A stretch of DNA of 36,937 bases from a virus (Duplodnaviria; Caudoviricetes): positions 1 through 36,937 of the IMG/VR virus record IMGVR_UViG_3300032301_000136. One strand, given 5' to 3'. Under the pieces are notes generated by a model. It worked only from the letters and a program-made list of their open reading frames with translations, made no database searches and had not been told where the DNA came from. The translations under genes were made by a program, and so were the position numbers. Each line of letters starts with the position of its first letter. The stretch's first letter is position 1. Below are positions 27,172-34,852 of the stretch, in pieces.

Positions 27172-27295
27172 CACCCATCCACCCACCACCAAGCCTTGGC
27201 AGGTAAGGCGGTGGAAGCGGTGATGCCATCCATGCCGTCTCATTTCTTTTCAGGTCCCGCTGCTTTGAAGATTCACTTCGGAACACCGCAGGTGA

Positions 27296-27415
27296 AAGGG
27301 GAAGGGACGGACTAAGGAGTCCCTTTCCCTTGGTTCCTACGTGGATTCTGGTTCTTTATATATATAGGAATGACACTAGTGTAGAAGAACCCATTTTGAC
27401 ACCGCGAATTGACAC
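27296..27415. other. Putative replication origin
   Basis: Non-coding DNA right after the helicase, with TGACAC at 27371, 27397 and 27410, TATATATATA at 27357-27366, and the inverted repeat AAGGGGAAGGGAC/GTCCCTTTCCCTT. Confidence 0.55.
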
Positions 27416-27416
27416 T

Positions 27417-28433
27417 TCAAAAAACCGACTGATTAGCGCTATATAACCCATTCTCCTTGAGCATCTTACCAGCTTGTGTCATGCGTTTCACATGCCTTTT
27501 GGCGGTTGACTCCGAAACTTGGAACTTTTCCTGCACAAATCGGAACAGATCGCAGGCCGTTAACTCGCGTGAACCCATCTCTTTTAGAAGCCTTGCATCG
27601 CCTACCAGCTTCTTCTTTCCGCCAGTTTGCTTCAGCTCATCAGGGTTCAAGTTATAGTTGACGCTGAACATGGGGTACTTCCATTGCACTACAAACGGAT
27701 CGACAGGTGGGAAGTTACGCAGGGTCATCTCACAGGTGAACGTCTTCTCATCCTCCTCATGTGCCGTAAGTACTACGAGCGAGTCTGGATTGCGAGCAAA
27801 GACACCGCTGCCACTAAACCGATCAATCGCCTCTGCGCTGGACTTGTTACCCTTGGAGAAGTGATGGGATAGGATTACTGACAAGTTATAGCGAGTTGCC
27901 AAGTACTCGAACTCATTCATCAAACCGCCCATATCCCCAGCGGAGTTCTCATCGCGGTCACCCATCAACATGTAGTTAGGGTCAAGTATAATCGCCTGAT
28001 ATCCGCGCCCCTCGATATGCTTCTCGATGATTGGGCGGATCAATGTCAAGTCGGCTGCATATCCTCTGAGCGTCCACACATCGAAGTCATCCACCTTGCC
28101 ATTCAATTCCTTGGCTGCGATTACGTCAGCGAGTCGCGAGCGGAATGACCATTCCTGAATCTCAAAGTTAATGAACAGCACCTTAGCCTTGGTACACTTC
28201 TGACCCCACCAAGGAGTGCCTGAATGTAACGAAAGGGCTAAGTCGATCAGACTCCAGCTCTTGAACGCCTTACTCCCTCCACCCAGGAGCAACTTCCCCC
28301 CCTGGTGCAATATCCCCTCGATAAGCACATCTGGCTCTTTGATGTTATCGGTTAGCAATTCACTATACGTTTTAATCGGTGGCCATTGGTCCACGGATGG
28401 TTTCAGTCCTAATGCTACGGCTGGCTCGATCAT
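27417..28433 (-). CDS. AAA_25/RepA-family replicative helicase with C-terminal winged HTH (start MIEP at 28433)
   Basis: GGSKAFKS Walker A, VLFINFE, IILDP, DENSA, HHFSKG and FSGSG motifs. AAGGAGG RBS. Confidence 0.9.
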   Translation of the reverse strand: MIEPAVALGLKPSVDQWPPIKTYSELLTDNIKEPDVLIEGILHQGGKLLLGGGSKAFKSWSLIDLALSLHSGTPWWGQKCTKAKVLFINFEIQEWSFRSRLADVIAAKELNGKVDDFDVWTLRGYAADLTLIRPIIEKHIEGRGYQAIILDPNYMLMGDRDENSAGDMGGLMNEFEYLATRYNLSVILSHHFSKGNKSSAEAIDRFSGSGVFARNPDSLVVLTAHEEDEKTFTCEMTLRNFPPVDPFVVQWKYPMFSVNYNLNPDELKQTGGKKKLVGDARLLKEMGSRELTACDLFRFVQEKFQVSESTAKRHVKRMTQAGKMLKENGLYSANQSVF

Positions 28434-28434
28434 A

Positions 28435-29376
28435 TTATTTTCCCTCCTTGCAGAACCAAAGCAGGCTCTGTGTTTTCTCATCCCTCATTGCTCCTGCCAT
28501 CCTTACTGGCTGGCTAGGTTTAAATGTCGCGGGGTCGCACCCCATCGGAACCAAGAATGCTTTCAATTGCTTCTCCCACTCTGGATTGGGTATGGCATCA
28601 AACCAACCATGAAGACTCTTGCCTGCCGTGTCCACAACCGCATAAAGCTTCATCTTGAATAGATCGCGCATAAGCTGGAACACCGCGCCGATCTCTGCCT
28701 TCGACAACTCATCGCTCTCCACCACCAGGAATCTGCGAACCTCAACATTGTCATTCGACCTGCTGATCGTTCCCTCCTTGAATGCTGATCCAGTAATGAA
28801 CTGCCCAACTGGCGCGTCCAGCGTCAACCACTCGGAAGCAGCGCGGAAGTTTTGCGGATGATTGCCACTATCCTTGACCGCACCGATCCACACGATGTCG
28901 TTAGGCTGGAACAGCGAAACAAATGTTTTGTACTGATCGCTTGGCTCATCACCAACTCTTGCTGGCGATTGGTCAAACATATCCGCTGGGTCCCAATTAT
29001 AATGTGCCAAGTACCTGGCTCGATTGGATTGCGCAATGACTGCGATTCGCTGGATTATCTCACTCTCAGCATCCTTCTCTATCACCAGCTTCATCGAATT
29101 AGTTCCGCTGGTTGACATCGGTGGAACAAGCGGTCTGTACAACGGATCGTTTAAAATTAGTTTGCGCAGCTTATAGTTCGCTTCACTTCTGAATGCTTGG
29201 CAACTTGTGTGCCAGCAGAAGATCGTTGGGACTGAGTCAACAAATACAGTTGTGTCCCTCACTCTCGTATTGCTGGTGTGCGCTGCTTCACCTGGGCAAC
29301 GGCATAGGCCGTGATTTTCCGACTGCCATTCTACTGGTCCGACTACCGATTCAGCTTTAGTTTGTGGTGTGATCAT
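28435..29376 (-). CDS. Primase (AEP/RepB-like) with N-terminal zinc-binding domain
   Basis: CP...H..C.H.SC, LVVESD, VVDTAGKSLHGWF and D....PSQPVRMAG motifs. Confidence 0.85.
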   Translation of the reverse strand: MITPQTKAESVVGPVEWQSENHGLCRCPGEAAHTSNTRVRDTTVFVDSVPTIFCWHTSCQAFRSEANYKLRKLILNDPLYRPLVPPMSTSGTNSMKLVIEKDAESEIIQRIAVIAQSNRARYLAHYNWDPADMFDQSPARVGDEPSDQYKTFVSLFQPNDIVWIGAVKDSGNHPQNFRAASEWLTLDAPVGQFITGSAFKEGTISRSNDNVEVRRFLVVESDELSKAEIGAVFQLMRDLFKMKLYAVVDTAGKSLHGWFDAIPNPEWEKQLKAFLVPMGCDPATFKPSQPVRMAGAMRDEKTQSLLWFCKEGK

Positions 29377-29382
29377 TTCGGC

Positions 29383-29410
29383 ATTGTTCCTAATAAAAAT
29401 TAAAGTGCAA
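29383..29410 (-). promoter_or_regulatory. Leaderless promoter of the primase-helicase operon
   Basis: TTGCAC-N16-AACAAT-N6-ATG(29376). Confidence 0.65.
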
Positions 29411-29423
29411 CAACAATCTTTAA

Positions 29424-29505
29424 AAACATCCCCTTTGTTTCATGCAAGCACACACACAGCAAGCTCAGTCGCAGGATCTCCCTGCGCACCATGCGGGGAT
29501 TGTTT
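29424..29505 (-). ncRNA. Candidate structured RNA of unknown class
   Basis: Closing stem AAACA.UCCCC/GGGGAUGUUU and inner stem CGCAGGG/UCCUGCG. It fills the intergenic gap. Confidence 0.4.
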
Positions 29506-30067
29506 ATTTTAGGTTACGCCTCTTCTGCTCTGCTTGGATAGCAGCGTCAATCTTTCTGCATTCTGACATAGTAAAGAACTCATCCTTACACGCGGGGCAT
29601 TGTGTTCTGGTTATGTTCGGTGCGGTGAAAGGCTCGTCGTTAAGCTTGCAAACCGAATCCATCTTGAGATCGCCAGTAAACTCAATCGTGTTTGATTCGC
29701 GACAAGTTGGGCATAGCTCAACTGGCTTCTTCAATGCTTCCAATACCTTGTCAACTCTATCCGCCGACTGCCAAGGCAAGACAGTATGTTTGCACCTATA
29801 ACATCTGCGTAGGTCTAGGTCTTTAATGGTCGTGCCACCTATGTGATAGTCCTCGACTATATCAATATATTTCCCCTTGTAACACTCAACGCACAAACCT
29901 TCTGGAGGCATCATCCCATGATCTAGCGCAAACTCCTCGCCACACTTCATCATTAACTCTGACATATCTACTGGCTCTTCCAGCCACCAATCATCCTTCG
30001 TAACGCAAATGGTGTAGGTTTCCTCGCCGTAATAGAACTTATGCTTTGTTGATTCTGTGTCGCTCAT
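29504..30067 (-). CDS. Tandem YgiT/MqsA-type zinc-finger protein without HTH
   Basis: CVEC..CYRC.H.VL and CPTC..CPAC.DEFFT..ECRKID. ATG 30067 overlaps the upstream stop. Confidence 0.75.
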   Translation of the reverse strand: MSDTESTKHKFYYGEETYTICVTKDDWWLEEPVDMSELMMKCGEEFALDHGMMPPEGLCVECYKGKYIDIVEDYHIGGTTIKDLDLRRCYRCKHTVLPWQSADRVDKVLEALKKPVELCPTCRESNTIEFTGDLKMDSVCKLNDEPFTAPNITRTQCPACKDEFFTMSECRKIDAAIQAEQKRRNLK

Positions 30068-30270
30068 TGCCACTCCTTCCTCATCTTCTTAACAAACTTC
30101 TCGCATCTGTGTTTTATTCCATAAGTAGGACACTTGCCCCCCTCGTAATTTGGATCTTCGTAATCAAGCATTGAAGAGGTGAACTGAACTAGTTCGACAG
30201 CTTCGCCAAGGTTTTTGTGCAGCTTTTCTACAAGCTTTAATAGTCTCTTTTCATATTGCGTATTTTTCAT
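30064..30270 (-). CDS. Hypothetical protein (start MKNTQY at 30270)
   Basis: Preceded by TTGCGT-N17-CAAAAC-N6-ATG. Confidence 0.7.
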   Translation of the reverse strand: MKNTQYEKRLLKLVEKLHKNLGEAVELVQFTSSMLDYEDPNYEGGKCPTYGIKHRCEKFVKKMRKEWQ

Positions 30271-30313
30271 ATTTGAGTTTTGGCAGTTTACCAAAACCAA
30301 CGCAAGCATTATT

Positions 30314-31453
30314 TTAAACCCTTGGCTGCATCGCCTTCTTGGAGTTCTCCACAATCATCTCAGCGGTTATGTTGCGAAGAGCGTTGCACCAGTACTGAGT
30401 GCCTTTGGTCTTATTGCTTGCGTCTTTACACTTGGCCTGGGGTAGCGCGCCATGTGGCCTGCAAGGCGCATGAGGGCAAACGTCAGGTGCAAATACTGGA
30501 TACGACTTAGGATAATACTTGCACCGATCCATTGGGTCGTATGACCCCCATAGCGACACGCAAGCCGTGTCAAGTCCTGCTGCCATGTGGTTGACAGAGC
30601 TGTCAGGTGCGACAACAAAGTCGGCATCATGCACAATTGGGAATAGTGACCGCACGCTGGATGTCGCGTTGAATAGATCGACAACTCGCGGATGATCGAC
30701 ATGGAAATCGATTGCGCGATCCAAGCCAATGATGACAGCGTGATGTTGCGGAAACTCTTCCAGCAACGCCTGCACCGCCAGCTTACCCAACTGAGGCGGA
30801 TAGGTGCGGGTCGGACCAGAGGACGAAACGTGGTATACGAAGTAGGGGCTGGGCAATGGCAAGCGTCCCATCTTCTTCAGCTCCTCGTAGTCAGGTTGGA
30901 CAACGTATAGGTGCGGACGTTTGTACTTAGGATCGACAAGCTTAACATCTCCAGCCCTGCCAGTAATGTCCGCAACAATCCCCTCTGCTCCCATCCAGTT
31001 ATAAATCCTATCGTAGTGACAACCTGGTCCAGTTCCTAGTTCCGTATTGCCAACCTTACCTGAGAAGAGGTCGTCGAGCGGAACGTGCGCTGAGTATGAA
31101 TCCCATGCTTCCTCGGTGGGTGGCAGCGGATACACATTCGCACCAAGACCAGCAAACAACGCCATGTTGCGAGCAGGACAATAGATATCGACTGTACCTC
31201 CAGAGGTATCCACTAGGTAACGTACGATTGCTGTGGCCATGATCGCGTCACCGATTGCGCCTGCTCGGTATACGGCAGTAGACCCACCCTCGGACCTCCC
31301 AGGGTAGTAGGGCTTAATCTTGTGAGGAACAGGGATCGCCTCGTTGAATGGAGGGTTGGTCAACTCGTCAGGTAATATGTAGCTACAACGTGGCCACAGT
31401 TTATTATCGTCCACAACGTGGACTGCAGGTGAATTATTTTTCCATAGTTTCAT
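30314..31453 (-). CDS. Glycosyltransferase family 9-like (GT-B) protein (start MKLW at 31453)
   Basis: RAGAIGDAIM, R.YP, ADFVVAPDSSVNHMAAG..VSLWG and C...PC..C motifs. Confidence 0.85.
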   Translation of the reverse strand: MKLWKNNSPAVHVVDDNKLWPRCSYILPDELTNPPFNEAIPVPHKIKPYYPGRSEGGSTAVYRAGAIGDAIMATAIVRYLVDTSGGTVDIYCPARNMALFAGLGANVYPLPPTEEAWDSYSAHVPLDDLFSGKVGNTELGTGPGCHYDRIYNWMGAEGIVADITGRAGDVKLVDPKYKRPHLYVVQPDYEELKKMGRLPLPSPYFVYHVSSSGPTRTYPPQLGKLAVQALLEEFPQHHAVIIGLDRAIDFHVDHPRVVDLFNATSSVRSLFPIVHDADFVVAPDSSVNHMAAGLDTACVSLWGSYDPMDRCKYYPKSYPVFAPDVCPHAPCRPHGALPQAKCKDASNKTKGTQYWCNALRNITAEMIVENSKKAMQPRV

Positions 31454-31593
31454 TTGTTGTTCTCCATTTTTGTTGAAACAACCGCAACATAGCATTTGGC
31501 CAAGTCATCAAGATCAAGCTTGCGAAGATTATCAAGCTCGCTTTCTGGAATGGTTGTCATTATTTCCCTTATCATTTCTTGTCTGACGTTCAT
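31450..31593 (-). CDS. 47-aa hypothetical protein (MNVRQEMIREIM...)
   Basis: Not in the ORF track. GGAGG RBS and ATGA overlaps on both sides. Confidence 0.7.
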   Translation of the reverse strand: MNVRQEMIREIMTTIPESELDNLRKLDLDDLAKCYVAVVSTKMENNK

Positions 31594-32483
31594 TTATTAT
31601 CCTCCATTATTTTGTTGATACATCTGATGATTTCTGACGCGACTTGCGGTACGATGGCATTTCCCAATCCCTTAAGTCGGTGTGACCTATTGGGTATCCC
31701 ATTAGCCACTCGACCCACGCTGGGTTCAGCGATCCACGTTGCCACTCCTCTGGAGTTGTCCCTCGAATGTCTGGATGATTCCCCAACATCTTCTGCATAT
31801 TCCCCTTTGGAGTTCCAGCAGCATCCTCGTTTGCTGACGGAGTCGGCCATAGTCTCTCCGCAGAATGGACAGCATCCTTCAACTTGACTCCCCACCTTTC
31901 TCCCTTTTGATTCTCCCTGTACCACCCCCCCCCCATATTGGTTGCTTGACTCACTCCACCCTCCAAGTCGCAGGCCCTCGGAGTTGGCCACATTGTTGTT
32001 TTTGTTACGTCCGATAATCCAGACTCTGTTCCTCCTGTGCGGTGCATCGACACCGCAAGCTGGAATAATGATCGACTCGACTTCGTAGTCTTCCGCTTCC
32101 AAGTCAATATGCACTTGGTCGAGTTCCATATTGACGATCCCAGCAACATTCTCACCAATGATCCAAGTTGGCCTTGCTTCGCGTATGACCCTAAGCATTT
32201 CTGGCCAGAGATAACGGTCATCGTTCTTGCCTCTTTGCTTCCCAGCATTGGAGAATGGCTGGCAGGGGAATCCACCTGTGAGAAGAGTGACTCCTGCGTA
32301 TAGCTCGCCTCGTACTTCTCGGATGTCTTTGTGGCATGGCACTTCTGGCCAATGCTTTTTGAGGACTGCTTGTGCGTAGGGTTCGTTGTCACAGAAACCA
32401 ACTGTTCTATATCCATTCCACTTTGCTGCCAAGGCAAATCCTCCGATCCCACTAAATAAATCGAGGTGTGTCTTTTCATTCAT
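31590..32483 (-). CDS. DNA (cytosine-5) methyltransferase, catalytic (alpha) polypeptide
   Basis: Motif I DLFSGIGG, IV GFPCQPFS, VI ENV, VIII PHRRNRVW and X LGNAIVP. No motif IX in this frame. Confidence 0.93.
   Translation of the reverse strand: MNEKTHLDLFSGIGGFALAAKWNGYRTVGFCDNEPYAQAVLKKHWPEVPCHKDIREVRGELYAGVTLLTGGFPCQPFSNAGKQRGKNDDRYLWPEMLRVIREARPTWIIGENVAGIVNMELDQVHIDLEAEDYEVESIIIPACGVDAPHRRNRVWIIGRNKNNNVANSEGLRLGGWSESSNQYGGGVVQGESKGRKVGSQVEGCCPFCGETMADSVSKRGCCWNSKGEYAEDVGESSRHSRDNSRGVATWIAEPSVGRVANGIPNRSHRLKGLGNAIVPQVASEIIRCINKIMEDNK
31607..32479 (-). CDS. Nested alternative-frame (beta) polypeptide of the C5 methyltransferase (true start possibly ATG 32221)
   Basis: 290 stop-free codons in the +1 frame, two WPTP repeats and the motif IX-like LNPAWVEWLMGYP. 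Confidence 0.8.
   Translation of the reverse strand: MKRHTSIYLVGSEDLPWQQSGMDIEQLVSVTTNPTHKQSSKSIGQKCHATKTSEKYEASYTQESLFSQVDSPASHSPMLGSKEARTMTVISGQKCLGSYAKQGQLGSLVRMLLGSSIWNSTKCILTWKRKTTKSSRSLFQLAVSMHRTGGTESGLSDVTKTTMWPTPRACDLEGGVSQATNMGGGWYRENQKGERWGVKLKDAVHSAERLWPTPSANEDAAGTPKGNMQKMLGNHPDIRGTTPEEWQRGSLNPAWVEWLMGYPIGHTDLRDWEMPSYRKSRQKSSDVSTK
31925..31934 (-). repeat. G10 homopolymer inside the dual-coding methyltransferase region
   Basis: Ten consecutive C on the plus strand, the longest single-base run I noticed in the window. Confidence 0.9.
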
Positions 32484-32668
32484 ACGCTTTGCATCTGGTA
32501 TGCTTGGTCAACCAGGTTCTTGACGCAATTAAAATATTCATTCTCCGCAGTTCCATAGCAATGTATCTCGCTGGTAAACCCTCCAGCCGATAGGGACAGC
32601 TTCCATCTCCATCCCTTCTCATCCCACTCCTTCCTCACCTGCATCGCCAGCTCATCCTTTGTTTTCAT
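32480..32668 (-). CDS. Hypothetical protein
   Basis: AGGAGG RBS and an ATGA overlap with the methyltransferase. Confidence 0.7.
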   Translation of the reverse strand: MKTKDELAMQVRKEWDEKGWRWKLSLSAGGFTSEIHCYGTAENEYFNCVKNLVDQAYQMQSV

Positions 32669-32846
32669 CGTCACCTCCTACCACCTCCTTGCACACTAGG
32701 CTGGCTGCATCGACCATCGTTATGATTTGTATCATATCGATAGCGTGGCCGTGGGACGCGCGATTCCTCTCAACTACAAGCTTACCGCGTGCAATTGCAA
32801 GCATATCGCGCGCCCACCTGAGGCGTTTCTTTGCCTCGACCTCCAT
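32652..32846 (-). CDS. Hypothetical protein
   Basis: TGATG coupling to the upstream small gene. Confidence 0.7.
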   Translation of the reverse strand: MEVEAKKRLRWARDMLAIARGKLVVERNRASHGHAIDMIQIITMVDAASLVCKEVVGGDDENKG

Positions 32847-33022
32847 CACATTCCAGACTTAGCTTTGAACTTGCGCGGCTTGCTTTTACCAGCAGCCGAC
32901 AACGCAATAGCAATCATTTGATTGCGTGACCTGGGTACTCCACCAGCACCGCGAGCCTTACCCTTCTTCTTGTTGTCCATTGCCAATTCATGCATGTTTT
33001 TTGATACGTCTTTGCCTAGCAT
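32846..33022 (-). CDS. 58-aa basic protein (DUF6496-like, Q.IAIALS.AGKSK)
   Basis: Not in the ORF track. GAAAGG RBS and a recognisable motif. Confidence 0.75.
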   Translation of the reverse strand: MLGKDVSKNMHELAMDNKKKGKARGAGGVPRSRNQMIAIALSAAGKSKPRKFKAKSGM

Positions 33023-33042
33023 GGTTTTAGTTTCCTTTCTGT

Positions 33043-33216
33043 TTATGGTTTACCGACGAAGACTGCTTCCGACATGAAAGATGCATACTGCCTTCCATCT
33101 TGTCCAACATAATATACTGCGCTTGTATCTAAAGAATCGTCAATACAAACAAACCATTTACCAGCGCAAACATTGCATCCATCAATTACAATGTCTTGAT
33201 TTTCGTCAACATCCAT
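33043..33216 (-). CDS. Hypothetical acidic protein (start MDVDEN at 33216)
   Basis: It fills the gap and overlaps the upstream stop slightly. Confidence 0.55.
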   Translation of the reverse strand: MDVDENQDIVIDGCNVCAGKWFVCIDDSLDTSAVYYVGQDGRQYASFMSEAVFVGKP

Positions 33217-33430
33217 AATGTGGGATTGGTGGTTTGTTTGCATTAATACAGAATGATGGATTCTCGCATCGCCTACAATCCTTAATATCAAAATCTAGGA
33301 TGTCACCACAATTCAGCATAACAGTAAAAATCTTGTTGTGGTCCATTCCATAGTCTGTAACTATGAACGCCAGCCCTTCTCCCTTTGGTGTCATCACCCA
33401 CATCTCTGGATTTAACTGGAGCATAATCAA
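33206..33430 (-). CDS. Conserved phage hypothetical protein (QLNP..TPKG.G.A..DYG family)
   Basis: Recognisable motif and an ATGA overlap. Confidence 0.75.
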   Translation of the reverse strand: MIMLQLNPEMWVMTPKGEGLAFIVTDYGMDHNKIFTVMLNCGDILDFDIKDCRRCENPSFCINANKPPIPHYGC

Positions 33431-33843
33431 AACCTCTTAAAGTCAGCAATCGGAATCTCAACGCATGGTTCATTATCCCTGGGGTCACCGCTGTTCCTTG
33501 ACATGTAGAATATGGGGAGCTTGCCGTCCTCCTTGATCTCGTAATACCCAATGGCATCTGCCCACTCGATCACATAGAACGTAGGTGCGAATGCAGCGTA
33601 TAACTTTAGGGATATATACTTCTGGAGCGATAAGCATCGTGTTGGGAATCTGCCAATCTCATAGCTAGTTTTCCTAGCATCAACAAATGCGTACTTATAT
33701 CCATTTAGTAACATTGCATCGAATGGATATGCTTTTGGCATATACTTAACCTTGCTGCCACAATGCTTGGCAAATGCCTCTATAATACGCTTCTCGTTGG
33801 CGATGTCCGCATCGCTCTCATGCATACCGCTAGAACCTCTCAT
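33427..33843 (-). CDS. PD-(D/E)XK-like nuclease-fold protein
   Basis: E..Y..D....AFVDARK..LSLQK..W.D pattern, with a degenerate ExK. Confidence 0.55.
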   Translation of the reverse strand: MRGSSGMHESDADIANEKRIIEAFAKHCGSKVKYMPKAYPFDAMLLNGYKYAFVDARKTSYEIGRFPTRCLSLQKYISLKLYAAFAPTFYVIEWADAIGYYEIKEDGKLPIFYMSRNSGDPRDNEPCVEIPIADFKRF

Positions 33844-34409
33844 CTCCAGCTAGGACCAGTATACCAAGCCACCAACACCCAGCGCGTCCCCCATATCGGC
33901 GCACGCGCACGATGTTCAATGTAAGACGGAAACCAGCACCCAGCTCCCTGCTCGCGGATAAACCTTGCGTTGTCTATGTCCGCCTTCACCTGCAACCCAC
34001 CACCCAAGTACTCATGTGGAGCGGATAGGTTGACCACCGCCGTAAGCTTGCGGTCACTTCCAGAGAATGTGTCGAAGTGCCACCAGAACTGCTGGAGCGG
34101 ATTGTATCTCAGGATCTGGAACTGCTGCGCTCCAGTTATATCAAACCTCCAGTACTCGCTGTTAATCGATGCAGTAAGTTCGCCCATTATCGCGTACAGC
34201 CATTTGTAATGTTGCGACATTGGAACCCAGCAGGAGGAGCATGTACGCGCAAATGAATTTCTAGTCTTTCCGTTCTTCTTCAACACAGTCGCGCGCTTCA
34301 TGCCGATCACCTCGGCATCGTTTCGGATCATGTCGCATTGGCTTGGCGTTAGGACGTACCGATCCACGGATGCGGTAAGCGTCTTTTGAATGAACTTATT
34401 TTCTTCCAT
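33840..34409 (-). CDS. 2OG-Fe(II) oxygenase, prolyl-4-hydroxylase-like family
   Basis: WHFD (HxD), RKLT..V.LS, Y.GG.L, FPS...H and GTR..LV.W motifs. Confidence 0.9.
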   Translation of the reverse strand: MEENKFIQKTLTASVDRYVLTPSQCDMIRNDAEVIGMKRATVLKKNGKTRNSFARTCSSCWVPMSQHYKWLYAIMGELTASINSEYWRFDITGAQQFQILRYNPLQQFWWHFDTFSGSDRKLTAVVNLSAPHEYLGGGLQVKADIDNARFIREQGAGCWFPSYIEHRARAPIWGTRWVLVAWYTGPSWR

Positions 34410-34548
34410 TTAGAACCTCCTTTATGATGTCAACTATTTGTAAGACTATGTACGCGCTCAATGCCAGAAGTGAAATGAGTATTGAAGAGATCAATATAAT
34501 CCAAGCCACAACCTTGAATACGTCCGAAATGAAATCAACAAATTGCAT
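34396..34548 (-). CDS. 50-aa membrane protein (MQFVDFISDVFKVVAWIIL...)
   Basis: Not in the ORF track. GGAGGAG RBS and a long hydrophobic helix. Confidence 0.7.
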   Translation of the reverse strand: MQFVDFISDVFKVVAWIILISSILISLLALSAYIVLQIVDIIKEVLNGRK

Positions 34549-34852
34549 AGTTCTCCTCCATCATCCTGCGAAGGAGCGTCTTGTTGCCGATCCTAATCCC
34601 AGCAGCCCTGCACCACCAGCCAATTGTTCCGTTCTTAAAATCCTTTAGCAATCGTTTCACCTCCCCTGTGTTCCTGTACTCCCAGGCATCATTGATCATC
34701 TTATCCTTCCAATCAGGCGCAAGCTTCATACCGCACACAATCCCCCTCCTTCGTAGCATGCGAAGATCCTTGATCGCCTGGATGGCAACTTCGCCAGCAA
34801 GCTGTTGTAACCTCTCGTCGTAATTGCCCTTAGTTAGCTGGGTTGATATCAT
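34535..34852 (-). CDS. Hypothetical protein (start MISTQL at 34852), possible transcriptional regulator
   Basis: V..QAIKD..F..WWC..AGI pattern and an ATGA overlap. Confidence 0.65.
   Translation of the reverse strand: MISTQLTKGNYDERLQQLAGEVAIQAIKDLRMLRRRGIVCGMKLAPDWKDKMINDAWEYRNTGEVKRLLKDFKNGTIGWWCRAAGIRIGNKTLLRRMMEENYAIC

Noticed and set aside
28431-28446. Programmed -1 frameshift fusing primase and helicase at G GGA AAA TAA
   Set aside because: The helicase is in the +1 frame, while the -1 frame reads GGG AAA ATA ATA TGA and stops. The helicase has its own AAGGAGG RBS.
29424-29505. Hammerhead or hairpin ribozyme (CUGA...GAAAC present)
   Set aside because: The core is CUGAGCU rather than CUGANGA, and the required stems and hairpin loop A/B consensus are not met. 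It is kept only as an unassigned structure.
33840-34409. TET/JBP 5mC dioxygenase
   Set aside because: The motifs match prolyl-4-hydroxylase-like 2OG oxygenases, not the TET/JBP pattern.
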